From positions 6,120-70,119 of the forward strand of contig CBFFRP010000044.1 of assembly GCA_965644295.1 (NCBI GenBank): a stretch of DNA of 64,000 nt, read 5' to 3'. The notes under the pieces are model-generated. The model had not been told where the DNA came from and did not search any database. It worked only from the letters and a program-made list of their open reading frames with translations. Numbering within the stretch: position 1 is the stretch's first letter; every line of letters starts with the position of its first letter. Made by a program: the position numbers and the translations under genes. Below are positions 50,071-62,685 of this stretch, in pieces. The DNA is from Paraphysomonas bandaiensis (lineage: Eukaryota > Protista > Chrysophyceae).

Positions 50071-50617
50071 ATAGGGATAAGGGGTATCATCCCTTGTCTA
50101 AATTTTAGAACTCCGGCTTTTCGCCCTAGTAGTTTCAAAATTTTGAGCGCGGGACGATATAGCCTCTATATCTCCATATTGCCCGTGGTTAAATATAACT
50201 ATATTAGCACCATACAAAACTGTTTTCTGCCATAGAACATCATGTAATAAATTCCATGCATCAGGCTGTTTTCTTCCTACACAACAGACTATAGATTATA
50301 ACTCATATCCACTTAATTAGTACGATTCGCCTTAAGAATTTTTAAAGAAAATCCCATGATTAAAACCTATTATGTTACCATTACTCATCTGTTATGGAAG
50401 TACGACTAATAACTTGGCAAAGAAGGAAACATGACCTGCTATCTACCTGTCAGTCGAAGAAAGCAGTCACCTTTAACTTCAAGAAACACAACATATGGCC
50501 AATCCACTATATTGAGACTTATATCAATAATATATTACTATATTTTACATTCTACTACAACAAAAAGGTACTAACACACCCATGCGACACAAAGTCTAAC
50601 CACTGCAAACGAACGCA

Positions 50618-53600
50618 TCAATTTTTCCCATTGGCGCTCAGATTCGGTATTATAATATTTGGAAATTTTTTCGTCACAACAAGAAACTCTTTCAGCGTGA
50701 TTGCATTGCTGTCATTCGCCACAGCCTGCTTCATCATAGTTTGGGCTTTTCTTTCAATACTAGCTAAACTGACCATATGATTTCCTCGAAGAATCTGTCG
50801 AACTTCATTTAAAGATATATAGCCCGTCTTATCTTCATCGAACATATGAAAAGTTAAGGGCAATCGAACATCTCTCGAAAGTTCAACAAAATTGAAGCAC
50901 CCGAGCAAAAATTCCCTGAAATCCACTTTTCCAGAACGTTCGGGATCAAAGAGCCCAAACAGTCTGTTATTCTCGTTAATAGGATCAATGCGAAGAAGAT
51001 TGCAAAACTGATTGAACGTAACGTTTCCATTCGCCCGCTGTTCTCTAGGTAAATCCAAGTATGAGTTGTACCCCATTTTTAAAGAGTCAAAATCATATTC
51101 GTGGTCATGCAGGAAGTTCGTAATCATTTTCTTCTTCATATCGCGTGCCTGCATTTCCTTCTGTCTCTGGTACGTTGCAGAGTCTACTTCATTCGCTCGA
51201 CCAGCCATTACTAATTTTTCATCTTCAATTTCCTTCAGTTTGGCCTCATTAGCTTCACCATCCTTGTCCATAATCGCGGGGTTGGGATGCAAAACGAGTT
51301 TTCTAAATTCATCAAAACTAACTTGGCCATCTCCATCAATATCGACCATCGCAATCATCATATCGATTTCTTCGTCAGTAATAAGCTCACCCATGCATAT
51401 AAGAATGTGGCGAATCTCCGATGCACCGATAAAATTATTTTTATCTAAATCAATAAATCTAAACGCATTTTCGATCTCTTCGTCTGTGAACTCTTGCTTC
51501 ATCATGTCAGATTTTTGCCCTTCTTTTAAAATATCTGCCACCATAGCATTGTCATCTTCTCTAACTTGCAAGTCATCCTTTTCGTCTGGAGGTGCTTGTC
51601 TGAGAGCATCATCAAAACTCTCCATACCCGGGCGGTACTGAGGAAAGGCTATAGCTGGAGGGCCTTCAAAGTGAAATTGCAAGTTAATATCCCCACATTC
51701 ACGGACTCCGCCTGTGGGTTTGTTTTGTTTCAGTGTCACCCAGAGATTCTGTATTCCTGCCTTGAATACTGTTAAAAGTGAGACTTGAGCGCTCCCTATC
51801 AACTCATCATCTCCTTGTATGTTCTGGTGGTAGCAGTCCACATCCATGAGGTACTGGTCCACAATATCGAAATCAAGCTTCGCAGACCAGACAGGATCCA
51901 TCCCGCCGTCCTTGTCGACAGGGCACTTTTTCGACATTTTAGCTGCCTGACTATTGAGTGTAAAGTTTACAAACGGGTCCAGACGAAGTGTTTCGCCTTC
52001 AGTTGGAGCATTCTTACCAACAGGTAGGAGTCCTTTGCCTCGAACTACATTCATATGCAATGTTCCAGCAGGGAGGTGTGTTACCTGTCAAAATCACACG
52101 TTATCCATATACTCACATTTGTGAAAGAGGTACCTTCATAACTAGCTGACCCTGTGCCGTCTCATCATCGCGAAGCTTATCAGGCTTATAAAATAAGTCA
52201 AAGGTGTCCCTCTTTGCAGCCATCGGTAATATATCCATGTAAGGCAATAGGCATAGATCGGTGTAAGCAATGGGATTGTCTTCCCCAATTTCATGGTCAC
52301 AAATCAATATATCTAAATCATTCACCCATGATTCAGTATCAACCCACATAATAATATCCTCCTCTGCAAAATACGGATCTCTACCGCCCTTCTCGATCAC
52401 CTTACTCTTCTTTTTGTATGATCCCAATGCCATCTGTACGTATGGATGCTGTTGACCCATGGGGTCTACATTTCTAAGTCTCTTTGCCTCGTACAGAGTA
52501 AACACAAACATTCCGGCCCTCGCCTCTTCAAATAAGAATTCTAACATAATCTAAAACCGCAAATTAAAGGCATCAACATGGAGCATTTAATAATGAAAAC
52601 ATGGATACGTACTTTGCTTGTACTCGTTCTGTCACCAGGGGCTACAATAGGAATCTTTTCGTTGTATGCCTTGAATGGATTTTTGAAAAATCGAACCACA
52701 CTCATTGTCACTGTTCCGATTACTTCATCCTTAAATGATCCTTTATTCCACACTTCTATGCTCAATTGAAGATCCTCCTGAAATATGTACTGTGAGGGCC
52801 GAACAACATCGAAATAAACCAATTCATCGGCAAAGCTCGCATCTGTGTCTTGTTTCCGTTGTACTTGTGTTTCTTTCCACGGCCACTTATCGGCAGCCCC
52901 CAGTTTGAATCTAATATATGGATCTACCCGTGGGTTTTTCGATTTATCATCCCTCTTCCTCAGGCCAATGCCTTGAATACAAGTAATATTGAGTCTTCCT
53001 CCATTTATTTCTCTCGCAAGAGTACTCTCAAGCCCCTCTTTATTAAGGGGAACAGGTGGTACGAATTCTCCAACGCCCTGTGCCTGAGCGACTGCGGCAT
53101 TAGGGTCTTTGATTACTTCGACACCAGGGGGTGCAGTGATCAGCTGGCTAACAACAGATCCGCTGATGTCAGACTGCATGTCATCTGGGATGGTGCGTTG
53201 GCCAGCAGAGCTAACAGTAGGAGGTCGTTTGCTTGGCTCACTAGTAGTGGAGCTCGAAGTGGGGCGAGACGGGAGAGGTTGTGGCTTGTCCGCAGAAGGC
53301 TGGGTTTGCATCGGCTGTGGCTTGTCCGCAGAAGGCTGGGTTTGCATCGGCTGTGGCTTGTCCGCAGAAGGCTGGGTTTGTATCGGCTGTGGCTTGGCCG
53401 CAGGAGACTGGGTTTGCATCGACTGTGGCTTGGCCGCAGGAGGCTGGGACAGCATCTGTGTCTGAGGGTCAGAATCAACCGGTGCAGAGTGCGGCTCGAT
53501 ATCTTGCGCTGAAGGAGCCGGAGTCTTCACGTCTTGCTGAACAACAGGAACGACTGATGGCGGCCCCTCAGGAGGCTGCCCTGCCAGTGCAGAAGGCTGG

Positions 53601-54734
53601 GCCGTAGGCTGCTTCTGTAGTTGTGGGGACATGGGTTTCGAAGTGCTAACAGAAGGTTCAATTGGGACCGCCGGTGTTGAAGTTGTAGGAGCCGTCGTCG
53701 CAGCAGGCATAGCCGGAGAAGAGTCATGCGTAGTAAGGGGGACAGCTGGCGCTGCATCTTTAGCTGTTTCCATTGGTTCGGATGGTACAACAGAAGTGTC
53801 CACGGGTACTGCAGGTGCTGCCTTGGCATCCTCTTCGTCTGAAGAGCTTTCTTCGAATTCTGGGAACTCTTTGTCTCTTCTTTTTACCACCACGACCTCC
53901 TCCACCTTGGGGGCTTTGTAACCCCGCTTGAAAGGAGGTTCTGTCGTTGGAGGGGTGTGCTTCGGCTTCTTCGGATCCACTTCTTCCTCCAAAGGAGGGG
54001 GGGCACGGCCTTTGCCTGGAGGTGGTCGAGTGGGTCTCGGCGGCACGCGTGTGCTCGGAGGCAAAGTCTGCGGTGGTAGTGGCTTGCCCTCTGGAATTCC
54101 ACCTGGTGGCCCAGATGGAGGAGGTGGACGGCCAGCCTTGGGATCTTTTTTCTCAGCTGGTGGAGGTGGAGCGGACTTCTTCTCGTTCGGGTCCGCTTCG
54201 AACATTGAGATGGCGCCTTCTTTCTTGGTAGGCTTGAGAGTAAACTTTGGAGGAGCTGCACCTTTGCGACCAGCTTCGATGATACCTGTTTTCGTATCAG
54301 GTTCGAACTCTGCTGGCTGATAGCTAGGAGTAAAGCCTCTTCCTGGAGGTGGGCCTCGACCAGGAGGTCCAGAAGCCTGCACTTTGTCTTCTGGAGACGC
54401 AGCAGGAGCAAAAGATAATCCTTTTGATGGACTAATTGCTTTAATATTTTCAACTGCAGGTCTATGCGCAGTGTTGGCTAAGTCACGTGGAGGAGGTGCC
54501 ATTGGAGGTGGCTTGAGCTTCATGGCCCCTGCATTAGGTGGTGGTCGAGGAGGAGGTCCTGCAGGCTTCTTAATTTCACCAATACCCCTTACAGCTTGAG
54601 CCGCTATAGCATATAACATAAGTATATATATACATATATATTAGATTGATTTACTTACGGGGTGGTGCTCTTGGTTGTGGAGGACCACGTGGAGGTGGTC
54701 CTCTTGGCCTAGCAGGAGGTCTTGGGCCACTCAT
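50618..54734 (-). CDS. Proline-rich N-terminus, three C2 domains and multiple EF-hands (Ca2+/membrane-binding protein), 4 exons
   Basis: C2 motifs (DPYIRFKLG, HPYVQMALG, DPFVNFTL); EF-hands DLDKNNFIGASE, DIDGDGQVSFDE, DPERSGKVDFRE, DEDKTGYISLNE; 36-bp coding repeats (QPSADKPQPMQT) at ~53280-53450. Confidence 0.88.
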
Positions 54735-55168
54735 ATATTATAACTACTCTAATGACATGATATATACATATATATATATGATGATGAGGATCTATGTGTC
54801 TTAAGTGTGTATGTATGTGTATGTATGTATATATAGAGAGGAGAGCAGTTTTAAGTTACGTTATTATATCATCGCTATCCTGCTGCTGGTGATGGGGAAA
54901 ATTGTGTGACAAGAGTGACAAGGGTGTGTGTACTGCTGTACAGAGTACGTACAGTTGTACGTTATTATAGTGTAATGGTACTCTTGTACTGTACAGCAGT
55001 ACACTGTATTATATAGTACAAAGTACCATTATCCACTCATATACTGCTGTACTTGCAAGTGTGTACAATTGCCCACAGTGGTACAGTACATACCATTGTC
55101 CACAGCAGTACAGTACTATTGTCCACACATGTACAGCAGTACTTATAAGTGGACCATCATCCAGAGCA

Positions 55169-55318
55169 GTATCGTATCGGTAGTTCATTTTTCGGGAATA
55201 AATTGAAGCAAATGTAGTCTATATTACTGCAATACAACTACAGCTAGAATACATATAATTGTTGTTTCAATAATAGAGGTATCTTTGAACAAAAATACAC
55301 AAAGGATGTCCATACAAT
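55169..55318 (-). mobile_element. Family A MITE-like element, copy 6
   Basis: gtatcgtatcggtagt...ttttcgggaataaattgaagca...aaaggatgtccatacaat. Confidence 0.82.
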
Positions 55319-56245
55319 ATATACAATAATCCATACATAGTCCATCATGGCTGTGAATAGTAACACTTAAGCCTTATCTAAGTGTTCTTACTAGCTACCT
55401 ATAAGTATTCATTCACAAAACAGAAAATGTGAAAACAGGTGGTGCCCACTTACTGTTTTTGTTAGTATAGACATGATTCTATGCAATGTACAAGTGTATG
55501 ATACAACTACTGTGTATATATGTATAGACTAATAGATTAATAACTTTGATATTAGTGATAGAGAGTGATAAGGTCACATATACGAATAAAGAATCGATAA
55601 TAAGACATTATGATCGAACAGAGTTGAAACTGTGCCCCGTTGACTACAATTGAAGTGTAAGAGCAGCCCACAGTAATGAGGATAATGAAGCACTATAATA
55701 GTTGAATAAGGAAAATATATACATCACATGGGTGTATCTGCCATATGTTACATGTTACACTCTATGAATACATCAATGCATAGGATAGAGTGAAGGATAT
55801 TATAGCTCAATTGAAACGTTTTACTAATGACACAGCAATCACATAAGTCTATTGCTGTAACCAGTGAATTATTAATTGAAACGTTATGCTGATGTCTATG
55901 TATATGAATAAAAAATGAGGGAAGTATTACTGATGCTAACCTCGATTGAAATTAGGCATATATTTAAATTTGTGACGCGTAGGGCTTGGTATACAACTAA
56001 CTTGAGTCGTTGGGACTATGTATATGCTCCACCAATCAACTATCGCAGATTCAAACAAAAACGCAATAAATCAAAAAGGAATTAGGATTCCACACTTCAA
56101 TACCATTTGACTGCTTTATTAAGTCGCATATATAGCACTTTAACTCTGCAGTTCTCAGTACATTCACAATAGAGTATCTAACGCAATCCAAATAATACTG
56201 GTTGCTAACATTTTAAGTTATTTCATACCTCGCCAACAGTATAAT

Positions 56246-59200
56246 CTAGCGCTCTTCCCAGTTGACATATTTCAATGCGATAAGCACAGCAGCGGCGAAG
56301 ATAGCTGTGAAAATTGGAATCACAGAAAGGCAGTAGTCTCTGCTGTATGAATCAAATCCCAACTCATCGATAAAGTAGTCACCATTCTCTAGATCTTCGT
56401 TTCCACTGAATTCGTTGAGGACCATAGCTTGGAAAGCGAAACGCATGAAAGACACGTATGGAGCCCAGCAACGTAGCCATAGAGGGAAAGTTGGGATGTA
56501 TACGATAAAACCAGCAAATACAACTGTGATGAAAAGACTTACTGGGAAGAAGTTAATAGCCGCCTGACCTGTAGGTGCAAGCGCTGCGATAGTCTGACAG
56601 CAGAAAAGGCCAGTCCAGGAGCTAAGCAAGAGAGCAAGGAAAAATGGACCGAAGTGTCCATCTACAAACCCACACATCGAATATGCAATGGCACTAAACA
56701 CGAGCACATTCAAGATCCCTTGTGGCAGTTGCAGGTAGAACGAAGATATCCAGTACGGAAAAGCACCATACGCCTTGGCTCCGCGCTCTCTGTAGAACAA
56801 AAGCCTATCTTCGAACAGGGCTGGTATAGCTTGTTGGTGACCAAGAATCATAAACATGATTGCAAAAAACATAACAGCGAGGCGCTCAGTATAGTCTTCA
56901 TCTCCAAGCTTCCAGAAAATAGATCCGTAGAAAAGGGCAACAAAAATGTGACTATATATTCAATATCAAACAGACTCCAACAACAATACAATAATTATAC
57001 AATACATTCATACCCATGTAATATGAAAAGAAAATTAAAGAAGACAATATACAAATCATTCAATCTTACCGCATAAATGTTGCGACGGTGGTTCTCGGCT
57101 GCTTGACCGTTTTGACAAACACTCTTTCCATAAGGACGTAAAGTTGGTGCTGAGTGGAGGTCGGGTATTCACTGATATCGTCATCCTGGGTTGCTCCTGC
57201 GTCCCCAACAGCAGCAATATCCATGGCAATCATAGTGTCAATATTTTCCATAAACACACGACAGAGCTCTCCACCGGCATAATACGACGCCAGCTCTGAA
57301 CCAGTGATAAACTTTCCATTTCCAGCTGCTGTGAACGATCCACCAACTGAAATCACAAAGTCAGCCGGGTTGGTACCTCGGACATAGGGGAACTGGTAGG
57401 GTGATGTTGTGAAGTAGTTTACTACATCTCTAGCAGGGCCGAAATAGATAACACGTCCTTCAGCCAGTAGAAGAAGTTTATCAAATAGGAAGTAGGTGAT
57501 CGGTGATGGTTGGTGGATAGTGCAAATAATAGTTCTATTTTGGTTTGCAAGATTTCTCACAGCCGCCATTACTTCATATGCAATTGAACTATCCAGACCA
57601 GTAGTAGGTTCTATATTGACGATTATTAAAATCAGCGAAGCAAAACACTCAAACTTACCATCCAAAAATATCAAATCTGGAAGATTTATAATTTCAACAC
57701 CAATTGACAGGCGCTTCATCTGTCCTCCAGAGATGCCACGAATGTACTCATTGCCGACAATCGTACCGGCATGTTCAGTCAGACCAAGCATATCCATGAT
57801 CTTGTTCACGCGCGCATTACGCTTCTTAGTGTCAAATTTTTTCTCATCCATACGGAGACGAGCGGCGTATGTAAGTGTCTGACGAACAGTCAGCACTCCG
57901 ATATGCACATTATCCTGCATCACATAGGCCGAAGATCGCATGACAGCGGTTGTTACTTCTGCACCGTTGAATAATATGTCGCCACCAATTTCGCCAGTGG
58001 TCTTACGATATGCGAGAACATCAAGAAGAGTGCTGCGAATATATAATATCAGATAACAACAAATAAAACAGAAAGACAACACCTTTTTCCAGCGCCAGAT
58101 GCACCCATGAGTGCACACATCTCCCCTGGGTGAGCACGTCCTGATACCCCTTTCAGAAGCTGCGTACGTATTTTCGGGTTCTGCTTGTTCACCACCGTGT
58201 ACGTGAGGTTTCGAAATACAAGGCGGCATCCCCTAGACTGTTGAACTTCTCCTGTGTTGGAACGATACCAGGCGACATCATATGTAGATCGTGTAGGGAA
58301 TGCAATTGCATAAGGGTCAACAGGTTTTTCGTCCTCAGTGATTAATTTCTCCTTTAGCCCTGCACCGCCACCGAATTTCTTCTTTGGTTTCTTGGTCCGT
58401 GCCTCTGGAGGAAGGTCTTCAAACCTGACGAGTTTAGATGCCGCAGGACGGAGAGCCAAGTATGCAGCTCCCATCATAGCAATCATAAACAAAATAGTTA
58501 TCCAGATGGCATCTCCTTTGTTGAAATCATCGAAATAAAATTCTTCCAGCACCTGTTCGCCATCATCATACTGTTCAAATTCATTCACCATCAAGCCTTC
58601 GTACACCCACCGAGCATAGCTGACGTAAGGAGCCCAGATCCACCCTGCAGGTACATCCTCCACAGGGATAGTGTATCCCGCGAACATTGAAAAGAACAGA
58701 AAAGTAACTGGAAAAATAGCGAACGCCAGTTGTGCGCTTCCTGTGGCAGCGGCGAGATAGAGGGCAAAATAATACGACACAAAATTCGTCAAGAGCAGCA
58801 GGAAGTAGAAGTAAAAGAAGTAAGCGCCATCTGAGGGGAAGGCAGTCGTTGTGTACACCATCACGATGAATATCGTGTGTGTCAGAACCACCATGGGAAT
58901 GTGTGACAGACAAGATGCCAACCAATAGGGCGAGGCACTGTACCCAAACGATGCCAAGTCACGACGGTAGATGAGGTCCTTGGTGCACAGGGCAGGGATA
59001 GCCTGGAGATTAGCCATCAGACAGTACATCATCACGAAGAAAAGGAGAGATGTCATGTTCGTATTATCCGTCGTGGGTAGGCCAGTATCTTCGTCATAAA
59101 ATGGCTCATCTATATCGGCCTGTTTCCAGAAAACAATACCAATGAGAACTCCAACAATCAAATTCTTTGCCACTCCAGCCCTAGTGTCGGCCTTGTCTCG

Positions 59201-60465
59201 AATGAGGGACATCCAGCCCCTGTGCATGAGCATCTTGAACTGAGTCAGCTTGGTTGTAGCATGTTTGCGGGTATATATCAACGGCTCAGGGGCGGTAGAC
59301 AGTCTTTCTGCAGGTTTCTGGTTGTAATCAGACTGCTCATACAACTCCACTAGTTCTTCCGGAAGACGGGGAAAGTCGTGCCCCTCGGGGTTAACAAGCC
59401 CTCCACACACGTCAATAATAAACTCAGCAGGATTTTGATCTGGATCATACTTGTAACCCAGCGCTGGGCGGGTAAAGTAGGTCACAGCCTCGTCGGCAGG
59501 ACCAGCGTAGAGGAGACGACCGTTGGACAGCAACACCGCTTTGTCAAACAATGCGAATACTTCGGGTGATGGCTGATGTATGGTGCTCACGCAGGTGCGG
59601 TTCTGGTTCGCCAAATTACGAACAGATGACATGACTTCCAGGGCGATAGCACTATCAAGTCCAGAGGTAGGTTCATCCAAAAAAATTAGATTTGGGAGTG
59701 CAACAATCTCTACGGCAATGGACAGACGCTTGAGCTGACCACCTGATATGCCTTTGTGCATAGCATCCCCGACAATGCTGTCCTTAACATGGCTGATACC
59801 CATCATGTCTAACAAAAATTTGACCCGCTGCTCACGTTGATTGATTGTTGTGCCCTCAGGCATACGAGTCCAAGCTGCATAACGGATGGTCTCTTCTACC
59901 GTTAGAGTAGCGATATGGATATCATCCTGCAGTACATACGCACTGTCTCGGTTGAAAAAAGGCGATCTTGGTCGCTGATTAATTAAAATGTCTCCAGACC
60001 AAGCACCAATATGCTTGCGATTAGCAATCAGATCAAGAAGAGTACTAAAACACAAATAATCAAATTTTAGTTCTAAATATATCGTCATAGTAATTTTCAT
60101 ACATAACAATTATAATATACTACTAATTATAGTAGCAATAGTTGTGATAGTAATAATAATAGTAATGGTAGTAGTAACGGTAGTAATAACAGTAATAACA
60201 GTAACCATGATATGACCCCTGACCTCTTTCCTGCCCCAGAGGCTCCCATTAATGCACACATATCTCCTGGTTCCAAATGAAAACTAACATGTTGTAATAG
60301 TTTTCTTTCTTCTCCATTAACAAATACACTATAGCATACATCAGATACATCTAATTGAACTCCTACAGCTTCAGTATTAGTACTAGAAGCTTTTCCATTA
60401 GATTTTTGAGCTCCATCTGGTGCCCATGAATAGAGTTCGGTCACACCTACTCCAGGTTCAGTCAT
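56246..60465 (-). CDS. Full-size ABCG transporter (NBD-TMD-NBD-TMD), multi-exon
   Basis: Two Walker A (ALMGASGAGKS), two signatures (ISGGQ.KRLSI), two LDEPT.GLDS and TIHQPS motifs, and two ABC2 membrane domains. Confidence 0.95.
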
Positions 60466-60668
60466 TATGAGCTTGAGAAGGTATGACCAAGGGTATAAAG
60501 TAGTGTATTATAGTATATAATTGATATGACTCTGGATATGAGCAGTGCACATCCCTTAGAGGTACAGGATATGGATGATTACTACGATACCCAACCACCG
60601 CAGCCACTAATAGCCCAACGACAAAAATACCGTATAGATACATACGTACATGTACATAGATATATACG

Positions 60669-61179
60669 TACATACATACATACATACATACATACATACA
60701 TACATACACACATACATACATACATACATACATACATACATACATACATACATACATACATACATACATACATACATACATACATACATACATACATACA
60801 TACATACATACATACATACATACATACATACATACATACATACATACATACATACATACATACATACATACATACATACATACATACATACATACATACA
60901 TACATACATACATACATACATACATACATACATACATACATACATACATACATACATACATACATACATACATACATACATACATACATACATACATACA
61001 TACATACATACATACATACATACATACATACATACATACATACATACATACATACATACATACATACATACATACATACATACATACATACATACATACA
61101 TACATACATACATACATACATACATACATACATACATACATACATACATACATACATACATACATACATACATACATAC
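60669..61179. repeat. ~510-bp (TACA)n microsatellite
   Basis: Directly visible; lies between two divergent genes. Confidence 0.97.
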
Positions 61180-61281
61180 TATATATATATAGATCTGTCC
61201 AGTGTGTATGTATGTATGTGTTGTCAGATCAGTTCATTCTATAAGTATATTACTCCACAATTCAATCAATTACATATCCAT

Positions 61282-62685
61282 ATGACATCCCTACGACGTG
61301 CTATACAAGAAAGTGTTGATACACCACCATCATCAACTATTCATGATAATGATTTCCAATCAACTCTACATCATATTGAAAATCTTTTAATAGAACACTT
61401 TACATCATCTCAATATACATATATATCATATAATATTATTAAAAATTATATATTAAAACTTATTAATGAAATATTAACAGATAATTTATATGAGAAATTT
61501 CATTCATTTAATATACGTACATGGATAACACAATTAAGAAAGAAACATACTGTGTTACAAACGAAAGATACACATACAAGTCATATAATGCATACAAATA
61601 ATAATGATATTAATGATAATACTATTGCAAATGGAGTATATACTTATAATTCTGTGAAGACAAAAGTTGATGAGATGTATACGAAATTTCTTGGACGATC
61701 ATTTACTGATATTGAAACAGGTGAATCTGGTGTGGTGGAAGATATATGCACATGCAATTTGATCCCAGGGACACTTTTTTATAAATACCTAATCGAAGGT
61801 GAAATTGCATATTCTAGTTGTAATGAAATGTTGGATAATTCGGGATGGGTGCGGTGGGACAGCGTAGACAAGACGAATATGCAGTCTGACCCACATACAA
61901 GTGCTCAGATGGGCCAGAGCGATGAAGTATCGAGACTTTCAAGAAAGATTGCCACTCTAGAAAAAGATGTAAAGACGAAGAATTCCAAAATTCTTACTTT
62001 GTCTAAGGAGGTTGCACAGCTACGTAAAAAGGCAGCGAAAAGAAATGATGAAAGTCGTGCGAAATTTGTAGCAGAGACTGCTAAGCGTAAAGAGATGGAG
62101 AACAAGTTGAAGAATATGATGCAAGATAACAAGAGTTTAACCGATGAACTTGTAGCCACTCGCAGCTTAGTAGACTGTGATACAGTACCTCGTAGCGAGT
62201 ATGCTCGGTTGCAGAGGGAACATCGACTGCTCCTTGATCAGTTCAAGACAGCAGTGCCAATAGAGCGACTGCAGCGCGCAGAGATTGAACTTAAGTGTGC
62301 TCAGAAAGAGTTGCAACGCGTCGTGCCAATTACACAGTACAATGAGGTGAAGCAGCGGTCACAAGAAGTGGTTGATGGGTTGACAGAGAAGGTTCAGACC
62401 ATGCAGAAAGAGGCTGAGGAGATGAAGAATAAACTGAGTCAATGGAAACAGCGAGTAGCTACTCAGAAGACAGAAAATCAATCCTTAAGAAAAGAAATTC
62501 AAGAAATGGTTGACAAAAGTAAATACAATCAGCTAGCTGCAATGATGCAAGACGTTATTGATGAAAAACGTGATCTTGAAGAGCAGATGCTGCAAAGGTC
62601 AGGTCAGCACACGAATAGTGAAAGCACAGTCGCCGAATTGGAAAAGTATAACCAGGGAAATTTCAAGAGAAGAAAGATGGATTAG
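61282..62685 (+). CDS. Hypothetical coiled-coil protein (true start likely MTSLRRAIQ)
   Basis: ORF after the microsatellite; heptad-rich C-terminal half. Confidence 0.75.
   Translation: MTSLRRAIQESVDTPPSSTIHDNDFQSTLHHIENLLIEHFTSSQYTYISYNIIKNYILKLINEILTDNLYEKFHSFNIRTWITQLRKKHTVLQTKDTHTSHIMHTNNNDINDNTIANGVYTYNSVKTKVDEMYTKFLGRSFTDIETGESGVVEDICTCNLIPGTLFYKYLIEGEIAYSSCNEMLDNSGWVRWDSVDKTNMQSDPHTSAQMGQSDEVSRLSRKIATLEKDVKTKNSKILTLSKEVAQLRKKAAKRNDESRAKFVAETAKRKEMENKLKNMMQDNKSLTDELVATRSLVDCDTVPRSEYARLQREHRLLLDQFKTAVPIERLQRAEIELKCAQKELQRVVPITQYNEVKQRSQEVVDGLTEKVQTMQKEAEEMKNKLSQWKQRVATQKTENQSLRKEIQEMVDKSKYNQLAAMMQDVIDEKRDLEEQMLQRSGQHTNSESTVAELEKYNQGNFKRRKMD

Noticed and set aside
60458-61281. Long MYVC/YIHT ORFs and the N-terminal third of the 719-aa ORF (also 37189-37442)
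   Set aside because: Stop-free readings of (TACA)n/(TATG)n microsatellites.
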